In this document: piece by piece, positions 11,760-23,372 of the stretch
Numbering within the stretch: position 1 is the stretch's first letter
Layout of the letters: every line of letters starts with the position of its first letter
From: Octopus bimaculoides
Taxonomy: Eukaryota
NCBI RefSeq assembly: GCF_001194135.2
Contig: NC_068992.1
Span: forward strand, 8,045,179-8,078,204
Reading direction: 5' to 3'
Length of the DNA stretch: 33,026 nt
The notes under the pieces: generated by a model
Databases searched by the model: none
Seen by the model: only the letters and a program-made list of their open reading frames with translations
Told to the model about the DNA's origin: nothing
Made by a program: the position numbers and the translations under genes

Positions 11760-11868
11760 ACATATAATAGAAGACATTTACCCAAGGTTTTAGGTAACGG
11801 GACTCAGTTTGAAGCCGTATGGTTAGGAAGCAAGATTCTCAGCTACACAATCACGCCTTCGCCTATGT
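11760..11868 (-). mobile_element. SINE family B, 5' half, degenerate
   Basis: Reverse complement aggcgaaggcgtgattgtgtagc...ctgagtccc...ccttgggtaaatgtcttcta. Confidence 0.65.
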
Positions 11869-12742
11869 CATTTAATAATTCTTTCTACTATAGACACAAG
11901 CCCTGAAATTTTAGGATAGGGACCAACTCGATTATACCGAGTCCAGTGCTCAACTTGGCATCAGGCTTCACAATTTTGAAGGAAGAGTATAAGCGACCTA
12001 GCACTGAAAAAGTATTCTATTTCACTACTGACGGAATACTGAAACGGAAAAAACACTCCTGAAATTTCAAATGAGAATGTAACAGATCACAGGTTATCAC
12101 TCAACAAAAGAAAACCTTTTTTTAAGTCCTCAACCGATTATACTACTTCCAGCTTTTATTAATAATGATCATAGTTTACACGAAATTTTACGCTTAGTTG
12201 CAACACCTTTAACAAAAAGGATAGACATTGTAATTTTTCAAACACCCACTCAAGATAATTATACACTGATGTCAAAGGAAATACCAGGTCGAGGCCTAAC
12301 TTGTAGGCTGGTTTACATATTTTATTTATAACAGTTGGCGGATTACAAGGTCATATAAGAATGTATACTAACGGGCCAAGGAGAGAGATTTTATGTGGTC
12401 ACAGGATATGCTAGAAATAGCAGTTAAATGTCTCTTAAATCATTTCCTATCACACAAAAAAAGGACACATTCGATAATATTGTCCTTGATAATATATACA
12501 CACATATAAATATGTCATGTGTGCGCGCGTGCGAGCGCATGTGTGTGTGTGTGTGGGTGGTGGTGGCTATTTTAAAGTTTGTTTAAGGATAACAACGGGA
12601 CATTTACTGAGCGGGCGACTCATTATTGAGAGTGCAGTTCAAATTTATTGATTGTAAATGTCAAGTTGACCGAGACTTCACAATTGATACATATATACAA
12701 ACAGACAGATAGATAGGTGTGTGAATATGTGTGCATGTAAGC

Positions 12743-12900
12743 GAGGTATGACCGACTGGTTACGAAGTTCGCTTCAGAACCACAAGGTCAGGGTTCGATC
12801 CTGCTTGGTAGCATCCTGAGCAATTGTCATTTTCTACTGCTTCGAGTCGATCTGTATTTTGAGAACTATATTGGGTAGAATGAAACTATAGAAGCCCATC
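12743..12900 (+). mobile_element. SINE family B, highly degenerate
   Basis: ggttcgatcc B box, cctgagcaattgtc, gggtagaatgaaactatagaagcccatc. Confidence 0.55.
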
Positions 12901-13033
12901 AGATGAACTGTAATTCAAGCTCTGCCAGAAAATTGCATTTATAGTGAAATGCTTGGCACATTAATTCAGGGACATGTAATTCAGTTGCTCGAATAACTGA
13001 ATTCTTATCGTCGAACGACAGAGACTCGACTTC

Positions 13034-13179
13034 TGTGTAGCAAGCTTACCAACCACATGGTTCCGGGTTCAATCCCACTGCGTGGCACCTTGGGCAAGTG
13101 TCTTCTACTATAGCTTCGGACCGACCAAAACCTTGTGAGTGGATTTGGTAGACGGAAACTGAAAGAAGCCCGTCATATA

Positions 13180-13224
<45 letters not shown>

Positions 13225-13426
13225 GTATGTATATGTTTTTATGTCTGTGTTTCTCCCCAACCATCGCTTGACAACCAATGTTGGTGTGTTTCCGTCCCGC
13301 ATCTTAGCGGTTCGGCAAAAGGGATCGGTAGAATAAGTACTAGGCTTACATGAATAAGTCCTGGGGTCAATTTGTTCGACTAAATGCGGTGCTCCAGCAT
13401 GGCCACAGTCAAAAGACTGAAACAAA
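13034..13426 (+). mobile_element. SINE family B, long form with internal (GTAT)n and 3' tail
   Basis: Closely matches the 11225 copy, then ccatcgcttgacaacc...gcggttcggcaaaa...gtcctggggtc...ccagcatggccacagtc; this tail recurs at 17552. Confidence 0.92.
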
Positions 13427-13605
13427 TATATATAAATATATATATATATATATANNNNNNNNNNNNNNNNNNNNNNNNNNNNNNNNNNNNNNNNNNNNNN
13501 NNNNNNNNNNNNNNNNNNNNNNNNNNNNNNNNNNNNNNNNNNNNNNNNNNNNNNNNNNNNNNNNNNNNNNNNNNNNNNNNNNNNNNNNNNNNNNNNNNNT
13601 ATATA

Positions 13606-13770
13606 TGAGGAGAACCCCTTCGGTCATGAATGACCATGGGATTGCACCTAGAAAATTACCCTCCGAGGTACAAGAACGGGTAAGATTGTTTTTGGAAGGC
13701 CAGCAGTCGCCCATGCATACCAGCCCCCCCTCTCCACACTACCGATGCTATCCAAGGAAAAGGCAAATGC
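13606..13770 (-). mobile_element. 3' tail of a cephalopod SINE/RTE-type retroelement
   Basis: ggtcatgaatgaccatgggattgcacctagaaaattaccctccgagg...cagcagtcgcccatgcataccagc recognised from memory of octopus repeats; no second copy in the window. Confidence 0.5.
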
Positions 13771-14829
13771 TAGTCCCCTTCTTTATTTTTCCGAAGATGC
13801 CAACATGTAGAAGCTTACACTGAACATCATTCATATTGACTAATAAGCAACGGAGGGGCAGCGAAAACCACGAACTCCAAACGAAGCCAAAACATACTTG
13901 AATGCACACTCTGAAGACGGATATTGTGTGGGTGACTGGGTTTTTGAAATTTTCCTTGGTGTCTGTAACGACTTCCAGGACATTCACAAACCCGGACTCT
14001 GCTATTGGAACTAACTTGGCCACTCGACTGACGACTAGTCTTGTTTTCCTCCTTTCTATTGTTTTCTGACTCATATGGATACAACGAAAAGTGTTTCATC
14101 TTCGGCCTGGCAACCTCATTTTACAAGAAATGAATGAACGCCTAAACTTCCTATGATTCAGACTTCCACCCCAACCTTTTCCTTAGTTCACTTCGAGTGT
14201 TCTCAAACCCTCTGCTCTTCTAATTAAATATGTTTTATATATATACTGTGTGAACATACACCCCACCCAAATATACATATGTATGTAGGTAAATATTTAC
14301 ACACACGCGCGCGCGCGCGCGCATAGATAGGTGTATATATAGGCGTTTATGTATGTGTGTATATACTCCTACGTATTTGTGCTTGTGTATATGGGTATAT
14401 GTATACTTTTGTTATAATCCCTTTCAAATCCCTTTACTGGCTTCATATTTCGATGATTCTAATTAAAAATATTTTATAAGCGTCATTATACTTAAATAAT
14501 GACATAGAAACATTTCTCTGGGATGTTTTCTGCATGAAGGAAATATGGTCAAGTGCAGGCTAAGATACTTAATGTCAAGAGCCAAAAAGCATTTTAAATC
14601 ATTTGAAATTATACCAATAATGACAAGAAAAACAAATCATTGGCATTACTGACAAATATTGTCAACAAAGACAAGGGAGACAACTCAGAAATTTAAATTG
14701 CTTTCAAATTAAATGGATATTTGCTCTTGAGAGTCTCTGATATTTGTTTATTACCGTGACAATTCCAGATATTGCAACGTTAGACAAATTTAAACAAATA
14801 ACGAACGTAAAGGAACGGCATTTAATCTT

Positions 14830-14872
14830 CCATGTGGTTGATAGACAAGCTACTTACCACACAGCTACTCCT
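14830..14872 (-). mobile_element. SINE family B, 43-bp head fragment
   Basis: Reverse complement aggagtagctgtgtggtaagtagcttgtctatcaaccacatgg versus 11230-11272, with about 3 mismatches. Confidence 0.85.
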
Positions 14873-14879
14873 TTTGTAG

Positions 14880-15056
14880 GTTTTTATCTATAGCTTTGTG
14901 GTAGAGAATCTAAATGATCTTTTTAGTAGGGATTTCACCGAAGATATTTTATACTTGCGTGGACATTCACCACCTTCACATAATAATAGGCAATTGATTG
15001 TATCGTTGGTGTGGATGGGGCGTGATGTTTTGTCTCTCGATGTTTATCTCAAGAAA
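14880..15056 (+). CDS. Putative internal coding exon A of an unidentified host gene (alternative acceptor gives a 14894 start)
   Basis: Only one open frame, bounded by ccttttgtag|G (or tttttatctatag|C) and AAA|gtgagt: VFIYSFVVENLNDLFSRDFTEDILYLRGHSPPSHNNRQLIVSLVWMGRDVLSLDVYLKK. Confidence 0.7.
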
Positions 15057-15141
15057 GTGAGTCAGTAAATTGATGAAGCTTTTATTGTGGATATTGAATT
15101 TGCGTACGTCGTTGTTTTCTACGTTTTCCATTATTTTTCAG

Positions 15142-15164
15142 CGTTCTCCAGAGTGTCCATTATG
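15142..15164 (+). CDS. Putative 23-nt micro-exon B
   Basis: ttttccattatttttcag|CGT...TTATG|gtgatt; reads RSPECPL plus TG in frame after exon A. The donor is weak. Confidence 0.6.
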
Positions 15165-15240
15165 GTGATTATATCACCCATATAAACGATACGAAGCGTA
15201 TGTTCATGACTTAATGTAATTTTTCTGTGTTTTCTTGTAG

Positions 15241-15260
15241 CCGCATAGAACAGTGCAAAC
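15241..15260 (+). CDS. Putative 20-nt micro-exon C
   Basis: ttaat branch-like site, tttttctgtgttttcttgtag|CCGC...AAAC|gtaagc; completes the TG|C Cys codon, then RIEQCK. Confidence 0.65.
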
Positions 15261-16399
15261 GTAAGCCACAATGGAGAACCCATGGTTGCTCCATCTTTTG
15301 CTTTTTAACTTGCATTGTTGACAATCAAAGAAAGCATTCCGAAAATTTACATTTGTAAAAATAAAATCTTTTAGAAATATATTTCTCCAGCGTAGAAATA
15401 AACAAAACATTAATGTAAACGAATTTAATTTAATGCACAGAGCATGAAAAGTCTAATTAGAAATAAATAAGCGCTGATGAAAATATAATCAAACGAAGCA
15501 AAACAATATTCTTCAACAACTACCGCATTTTGTGGTCGTTTTAACAGTGTATTAACACAAATTTTAATTACCTTTTCGTAAAGAAAATGTTCATCTATTT
15601 TTACAGTAAAGGACAAAAATAGACATTCACCGAATTTTGAATTTAAAAAATGTGGGATATTTTTTTGTTTTCGTTGTTACTGCTTAGACCTAGATTAAAC
15701 CTGATCAAGCAGACATTAGATCAAAGATATTTTAACTATCACTGCCCCACATATTCGTTTACCTAAAACTATATTGGTATTGTCCGTTGCACCTTTCCTT
15801 TATTTAAGATGGTAGGATATTACTTGAGTGACATTTAATAACTATTTCAACCAGGCTGAATGAATACGAAAAGACTCCATTGTTGGTCCGTATGATTACA
15901 AAAAAATGCTTTCCGTAATATTGTATTTGGTCTATATTACTGTTTTTCATTTCAGTTTATCTTTTAACCTTCATTTGTTCTGGATACTGCTACAGTTCAA
16001 TTGAATTTCTTTTTTATCCTTTTACTGTTTTTGAACAAAAGAAGAAAAGGCTTAAAAGATGAGCTTCAGAAAACAACAATGCTACGAATTTTTCCCAAAA
16101 TAAAATTTATAAATGCAAATGCAAATAGTCTGTCAGACACATTGGATTAGTTCACTGTCATTCATTAACCTTGCATGTAAGACTACTTTGGCATTTATTT
16201 CCTATTATTATCTTGCATTTGACTTCTCTCTGTATTTACTGATGACAGTCGGGGTTAAATACACACATGAAGAAATATTCCCTACTTCCTTTGCATATAT
16301 ATATATATATATATATANNNNNNNNNNNNNNNNNNNNNNNNNNNNNNNNNNNNNNNNNNNNNNNNNNNNNNNNNNNNNNNNNNNNNNNNNNNNATATAT

Positions 16400-16436
<37 letters not shown>

Positions 16437-16780
16437 CTCATAAACGTACATATACATTCACACCATACATACATACACTTACACATACACACACATACAC
16501 ACATAAATATATATATTTATATACATGCATGCACATATGTATAAACGTATGTATGTATAGAGAAGACGTTTATGATGTGAGGCGTAAGATAGCAAAACCC
16601 CATACCTTGACAGGGATGGGAGAGCATCACTTCGCTGGAACTAAACATTCAAAGAATTAGACGATTTACTTAGATTAAATGGATTAGGTGGCTAGCCGAG
16701 AATAAAACCAATTGATCGAGTAGGAGCGGGGAGTAAAATGAAATCCTCTATATACTGTATACTGATCAATAGTCGGGGTG

Positions 16781-16789
<9 letters not shown>

Positions 16790-16865
<76 letters not shown>

Positions 16866-16899
16866 ATTATCTACACACATACATATATGTCTACGTGTC

Positions 16900-16935
<36 letters not shown>

Positions 16936-16976
16936 CATACATGCATACGCATGTGTATATATATATATATATATAT

Positions 16977-17015
<39 letters not shown>
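16790..17015. repeat. Compound (ATCT)n/(TA)n/(AGAT)n microsatellite
   Basis: Direct reading. Confidence 0.95.
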
Positions 17016-17395
17016 TACGTACTTATATATATGTATACATATATACATATATCCATGAATATATATGTATACATACATACACATATGTTTGTATGTAGGT
17101 TTGGAAAGAGAGAGGGGGAGAGAGGAAGAGGAAGAAGACAATTTAGGGACGTGGGATTCAAATCAAATAACATATAATCTGAGCAAAGATCACCAAAATC
17201 TTCGCTTGGAATATTGCCACATACAATATGAATGGTAGCAGCAGCAGCAGCAGTAGTAGTAGTCGTAGTGGTAGGAATTCGATGGGAATGTTATAAGACG
17301 GAGTATTACGAAAGAAAAAGAAGTGGTAGAGCGGAGGGGGAGGCGGAAATAGGATGTTTCTGACAGAGACACGAAGTCTGATCGATGTGGTCACT

Positions 17396-17545
17396 GTGAT
17401 GATGATGATGATGATGATGAGGAGGAGGAGGAGGAGGAGGAGGAGGAGGCGAGGTGAAGGTGAAGGAGGAGGTGGAAGAAGAGGGGTGGGTGGAGGAAGA
17501 GGAGAGGGAGGAGGTGGTGGTGTATGTATGTATGTATGTATGTAC
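17396..17545. repeat. Compound (GAT)n(GGA)n(GGT)/(GTAT)n microsatellite
   Basis: Direct reading; source of the poly-M/R/S/P ORFs. Confidence 0.95.
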
Positions 17546-17551
17546 GTATCT

Positions 17552-17770
17552 GTATGTGTGTCTTTATGGTTGTCCTCCACCACCGCTTGACAACTAGTGT
17601 TGGTGTTTTTACGTTACCGCAACATATCGGTTCGGCAAAAGAATCGATGGAATAAGTACCAGGCTTTAAAAAACAAGTACTGGGATCGATACATTCGACG
17701 AAAAAGATTTTCAAGGTTGTGCTCCAGGATGGCCGCAGTGAAATGACTGAAATAAGTAAAAGATAAAAAA
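17552..17770 (+). mobile_element. SINE family B 3' tail
   Basis: Homologous to 13240-13426. Confidence 0.85.
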
Positions 17771-17846
17771 GGATTGTGAAATTCATCCCGAGAAAGTAAA
17801 ATGATGCCATTAAGCAGTTTGCATGAAGGAAAACCCTTGCTCCTAC

Positions 17847-18049
17847 AGGCACAAGGTTTGAAAATATTTAGGGGAGAGACTTGTCGATTACATTTACCCA
17901 AGTGCTAAACTGGTACTTATTTTATAGATCTCGAAAGGATTAAAGGCAAAGTGGATTATCGGTGGAAATTGAACTCTGAAGGTAAAGACGGACGGTATGC
18001 CACGATGCCTTTAGTCCGGCCTGCTAAAGGTTCTGCTAGTTCGCTGCCT
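17847..18049 (-). mobile_element. SINE family A
   Basis: tggtacttattttat...gaaaggattaaaggcaaag...aattgaactc...ttctgctagttcgctgcct. Confidence 0.8.
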
Positions 18050-18067
18050 CACAATTTTCAGTAATAA

Positions 18068-18279
18068 TTTGAAACCTTAGCCCAAGGGCAACAATTTTAG
18101 GGAAAGGGCTAAGTCGACAGCATCGATCCCAGTGCTCGACAGGTACGTATTTTACCGATCCCGAAGGGATGAAAAGCAGAGCCGACCTCAGCGGATTTTG
18201 AAATCTGAACGCAAAGACGGATAAAATGCCACGGAGCATTTCGTCCGGCATACTGGTTACTAGACCAGCTCGCTGTCTC
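18068..18279 (-). mobile_element. SINE family A, adjacent second copy
   Basis: Same motifs, ending gcatttcgtccggc...ccagctcgctgtct. Confidence 0.8.
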
Positions 18280-18354
18280 ACGACTTTCAATAATGATAGC
18301 AGTAAATAAGGGCAGTAGAGGAGAAGAAACGGACAGCAGAACGAAATGCCATTA

Positions 18355-18432
18355 ACACGTTAACTTCACGAGCAGAATGTTCCGTTGATGGGATCAACTG
18401 GAACCCTCGTCGTCGTAACCGACGGATGGCCA
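18355..18432 (+). mobile_element. Isolated 3' end of SINE family C/D
   Basis: acacgttaacttcacgagcag...gatcaactggaaccctcgtcgtcgtaaccgacgga. Confidence 0.85.
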
Positions 18433-18897
18433 GCTAGTTAATTCTCTGCCCAAATTTGAGACATTGTCCTTATGTTAGAAACCAGTGATAAAATACATTC
18501 CAATCAACTCTTCAATAAACAAACAAATAGATAAAATTTTATATCAAAGAGGTGGATATGAAGCGGAAATTGAATCTCTAATCCAAAAGGGCTTGAAATT
18601 CTAAATATATAACAGAAGGGTTTTTAATCTTAAACTATACCGATTATTTCTTCTGTTTTTTTTTTTATTACATTTGTGAAGTGGATTAATAGATTAGGTC
18701 GGGAGCCAGATAGAATGTCTTGCAGTATTTAGTTACTTGCCTTTACGTTTGGATTTCAAATTTTGTCGAGGACAACTTGACCTTAACTCCTTAGAAGTAA
18801 AAAAAAAAAAATAAATAAAATAAATAAAAATAGAACAAATATATTTTGTCCAACACTTTGACAGTTCTGCAAATCCACCTTTCTGGAACAACGATGT

Positions 18898-19017
18898 ATT
18901 ATTTATCGATACTGGAAGGATGACAAGCAATGCTAACTCCGGTGAGATTTGAGCTCACTGGTTAAGTGCAGACGGCATTTTGTCAAATGCATTAGCGATT
19001 CTGTCAGTTTGCCGCCC
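18898..19017 (-). mobile_element. SINE family A, degenerate
   Basis: atttatcgat...gagatttgagctc...ttagcgattctgtcagtttgccgcc. Confidence 0.55.
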
Positions 19018-19770
19018 CAGTCTATTATAGCTTCACCTTCACATTTTAAGTGAAGCAACCGAATATGCTTTTAAGATCCTGTGTCTTTGTAGAAATCATT
19101 AGTTTTAAACATGTGGGGCAGCGGTAGAACATTCAAGGAAATGTTTGCTATTCATTATTACTTTTTATGTTCTGAATTAAAATCTCGAGATCAACTTTAT
19201 TTCCCATCCTTATTGTTTTCCATACTTGTTTTATTTTTATTCCTGACACAATTCTTTTTGCGTAACTCGCCACAGTTTTTTTTTTCTTTTGTAACATGTC
19301 CTTGAAATGTTTCTGCATACGTCATCGTTGGGGGAAATAAAAGCAATCATCATCATCATCATCATTATTATTATTATTTTGCCTGTCCTTGTGACAATTA
19401 TAGAAGTGATTCTCATTTTTCTGTTGTTAGTATTGTTAACTCGAAGAACGGCAGAAACATAAATAAAGAAATGAAAATTCTTCATGTATTTTTCAGTGAG
19501 AAACGATGTAATATAATTCCCTGCTAAAGGAAGGATTGGCTGCACATTTTTTGTTATCAAAGTTTAATCAAAATAAGAAAGGTAGTGCATATGATCTGGA
19601 TCTTTGAGAACAGCGGAAGCATGAAGGACGAAGAAACCACAACTCAACTGGTGCTGCCACCCACTACTTCGTTCCTTGCTGGAAACCCAGCTGGACGTAA
19701 GTGGGTGTAGGTGTTCCTGCAAATAAAGCCAGAGCCTTTTCAGGTATTAATCACAAGTCTTAGTTTTTGT

Positions 19771-20163
19771 GTGGAGGTGCAATGGCCCAGTGGTTAGGAC
19801 AGCGGACTCGCGGTCATAGGATCGCAGTTTCAATTCCCAGACCAGACGTTGTGAGTGTTTATTGAGCGAAAACACCTAAAAGCTCCACGAGGCTCCGACA
19901 GGGGATGATGGCGAACCCTGCTGTACTCTTTCACCACAACTTTCTCTCACTCTTACTTCCTGTTTCTGTTGTGCCTGTAATTCAAAGGGTCAGCCTTGTC
20001 ACACTGTGTCACGCTGAATATCCCCGAGAACTACGTTAAGGGTACACGTGTCTGTGAAGTGCTCAGCCACTTGCACGTTAATTTCACGAGCTGGCTGTTC
20101 CATTGATCGGATCAACTGGAACCCTCGACGTCATAAGCGACGGAGTGCCAACAAGAACAACAA
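19771..20163 (+). mobile_element. Full-length SINE family C with 10-bp TSD
   Basis: A box tggcccagtgg, B-box-like gtttcaattccc, AAC-type tail; TSD tagtttttgt at 19761-19770 and 20164-20173. Confidence 0.96.
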
Positions 20164-20534
20164 TAGTTTTTGTATCTAGAGTTGAACCTTCACTAGAGAG
20201 CCATATCCACCTCTAATTGGTAGCAGTACCATGACAAAAGAGGTGCAATATGAAGCAGCACAAGTAAGATATTAGTTATCTTCATAGTAGAGGCCTAGCG
20301 CGAGAGCTTTCCACTCAACATGCTTCGTTAAACCACCCAAATAAAGGTGAAAACTATATTTCTTTTCTTTTACAGTTAAATTTAATTCTTCAACATGTTC
20401 ATGTCATGTATTGATTTTTTTTTTATACGTGTGAACGTTTAAATGGATTTACATAGCTAAGTACCAAGTACCAACAAGGATCGAATCAATCCCTGGTATA
20501 GCCTTTCTTCACTGAAGTAGTCTGTGATAAGGAG

Positions 20535-21081
20535 CGTCTAACAGCTCTAGGAATTCTCCCATTCTGCTGCCAGTTACTGTAGACATCTGCCAAGAGGCTG
20601 CCAAACAAATCTGGTATGGAAACATAGAATTCGTATGGTAGACCATCCGAACCGGGCGATTTGCGACTTGTGCAATCGCTCATCGCCACCTGTATTTCAA
20701 TGGCTATAATCGGCTTTTCGCAGAATCTCGCGTCCGTTACGGAGAGCCATGGTAAGCCGTCTAGGTACGAAGTAAAGTCCGCTACCGTCGTCGACCCATC
20801 ACCCTCCCCAAACAGCCGCGCAAAGTGCTGCTGGAAAGCTGCACACATCTGTTCAGAACCGTGTAGCACGCATCCGACCTGATTCGTGAAAAACTTGATC
20901 GTGGTTTGTTTCCAAGTCGCGTCTCTATCGTTCGAGCCCATCGCCTGGCATCAGTTCTTTTGTGTTTTAGCAAATGGGCCTTAGCTCTGATAACGCACTC
21001 TTCGTGTTTCGCCTCAAAGAAATGGTCAAGGACCATTCTCGCCCCAACACCTCGGTCGCGATGCCTTTACTAATAGCCTCT
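20535..21081 (-). mobile_element. Tx1/L1-clade LINE ORF2 fragment (linker to start of RT)
   Basis: CVIRAKAH...MCAAFQQHFARLF...CEKPIIAIEIQVAMSDCTSRKSPGSDGLPYEFY...LLADVYSNWQQNGRIP, with one frameshift; runs into the gap. Confidence 0.88.
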
Positions 21082-22189
21082 NNNNNNNNNNNNNNNNNNN
21101 NNNNNNNNNNNNNNNNNNNNNNNNNNNNNNNNNNNNNNNNNNNNNNNNNNNNNNNNNNNNNNNNNNNNNNNNNNNNNNNNNNNNNNNNNNNNNNNNNNNN
21201 NNNNNNNNNNNNNNNNNNNNNNNNNNNNNNNNNNNNNNNNNNNNNNNNNNNNNNNNNNNNNNNNNNNNNNNNNNNNNNNNNNNNNNNNNNNNNNNNNNNN
21301 NNNNNNNNNNNNNNNNNNNNNNNNNNNNNNNNNNNNNNNNNNNNNNNNNNNNNNNNNNNNNNNNNNNNNNNNNNNNNNNNNNNNNNNNNNNNNNNNNNNN
21401 NNNNNNNNNNNNNNNNNNNNNNNNNNNNNNNNNNNNNNNNNNNNNNNNNNNNNNNNNNNNNNNNNNNNNNNNNNNNNNNNNNNNNNNNNNNNNNNNNNNN
21501 NNNNNNNNNNNNNNNNNNNNNNNNNNNNNNNNNNNNNNNNNNNNNNNNNNNNNNNNNNNNNNNNNNNNNNNNNNNNNNNNNNNNNNNNNNNNNNNNNNNN
21601 NNNNNNNNNNNNNNNNNNNNNNNNNNNNNNNNNNNNNNNNNNNNNNNNNNNNNNNNNNNNNNNNNNNNNNNNNNNNNNNNNNNNNNNNNNNNNNNNNNNN
21701 NNNNNNNNNNNNNNNNNNNNNNNNNNNNNNNNNNNNNNNNNNNNNNNNNNNNNNNNNNNNNNNNNNNNNNNNNNNNNNNNNNNNNNNNNNNNNNNNNNNN
21801 NNNNNNNNNNNNNNNNNNNNNNNNNNNNNNNNNNNNNNNNNNNNNNNNNNNNNNNNNNNNNNNNNNNNNNNNNNNNNNNNNNNNNNNNNNNNNNNNNNNN
21901 NNNNNNNNNNNNNNNNNNNNNNNNNNNNNNNNNNNNNNNNNNNNNNNNNNNNNNNNNNNNNNNNNNNNNNNNNNNNNNNNNNNNNNNNNNNNNNNNNNNN
22001 NNNNNNNNNNNNNNNNNNNNNNNNNNNNNNNNNNNNNNNNGGTAGAGGTTAAGCAGTTTTAGCATTCCCTTCGATATTTCTGGACTAAGGGGCAATAATG
22101 TTTAGGGATGTCTTAAAGCTAAAATAGTAAAATCTATTTTTTGGTTTTTGCGTTTTCTACTTTTCTTAATGTTATTTATCTATTTATTA

Positions 22190-22190
<1 letters not shown>

Positions 22191-22237
<47 letters not shown>

Positions 22238-22263
22238 GTTATCATTATTGTTATTATTATTAT
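22191..22263. repeat. (ATT)n microsatellite
   Basis: Direct reading. Confidence 0.95.
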
Positions 22264-22267
22264 CGTC

Positions 22268-22322
22268 GAGTGAGAGAGCGGTGCATACCATCAAAGTGAC
22301 ACTGGGGTACAAATATACGAAA
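22268..22322 (-). mobile_element. Probable extreme 3' end of a retroelement attached to the (AAT)n tract
   Basis: gagtgagagagcggtgcataccatcaaagtgacactggggtac recognised from memory as the terminus of a common octopus repeat; abuts the microsatellite. Confidence 0.4.
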
Positions 22323-22327
22323 TACAG

Positions 22328-22417
22328 CAGTTATCGATATGACTAGCCAGTGTTGATTTACTACAATAGGCTTCACAAGAAATTTATGCTGACATTCTGA
22401 CTCGATGCACTCAATGG
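22328..22417. repeat. 90-bp sequence repeated at 23373-23462 (copy 1)
   Basis: Ungapped manual alignment, 72/90 identical. Confidence 0.9.
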
Positions 22418-22723
22418 TTATCATTATCATCATCATAATTTCTTTGAAATAGTTTAAACATTTTCTTGAAAGTATTTTGAAGACTTTGGTAATTTTCTTT
22501 CTTTTTTGTGGTGGTGGAGGGCATGGAATTTTTGGGGACATTTGTTGGCGAACAACTTTGACGATTTCTTTTTTCTTGAAATTTCTAGGTTATTCATTCA
22601 ACATTTTTTTCTTTCTCGCTTTTTGTTGATTTTCTTTGACTTCCTATTATTATTTTTTTTCTTTAATTGCAATGTATACAGTTTAGAATTACATGTTGAT
22701 TTTCAGTGTGAATAAGTGTGCGC

Positions 22724-22765
<42 letters not shown>

Positions 22766-23235
22766 GTATATATATATATATATATATATATAATAATAAT
22801 AATTAAGATTCAGATGAATATGCATACAATCTTAAAAATAAAACAAAGATAAAAAATAAATCTTAAAAATAAAACAAATATAAAAATAAATATACAGGCT
22901 TGGCCAAAAGTCACCGTTTCACCATTTCTTTTTTCTTGACCCCCCACTATTTCTCTCTGCTACTCTCTAAATTATAATAGGCTTTAGATTTTTTCCCTAA
23001 ATTCATTTTGCCACAAACATAACAAAGAGAAACAATGTGTTTTGTTTTCTAGTACTGATGTAAATTGCGCTAAAAAAATGGTTTATCCTTTATATTGCAA
23101 ATCTATTTGTTCGTCTGCGTCTGAGGAGAGCGGTGTATTTCAGATTGATGTAATGTTTTCATTGATCGATTAAATGGAGCCGCTTGAAACAGCCGTAATG
23201 CATTAATACCTGGACATTCTTGTTACTTATTTACT

Positions 23236-23304
<69 letters not shown>

Positions 23305-23372
23305 CATGTAAGTATGTATGAGTATGTATGTATTTGTATGTGTCATTTTGCTTTTACATTTTTTAAATAAAA

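Noticed and set aside
14770-14807. 38-nt candidate exon upstream of exon A (IATLDKFKQITN)
   Set aside because: Removing the SINE fragment would leave an implausibly short ancestral intron; the donor is weak.
15142-15260. RING-finger assignment from CPLCR
   Set aside because: The upstream exon lacks the other Cys/His ligands at RING spacing.
19771-19845. tRNA gene (also 11225, 25081, 30870)
   Set aside because: A and B boxes are present, but they continue into SINE bodies, and TSDs flank the 19771 and 30870 copies.
19610-20264. Candidate exons ending at GTAAG donors (19697, ~20265)
   Set aside because: Poor acceptors, no recognisable peptide and no phase chain.
22893-22915. TA-CAGGCTTGGCCAAAAGTCACC, a Tc1/mariner TIR-like end
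   Set aside because: No partner end or coding remnant found.
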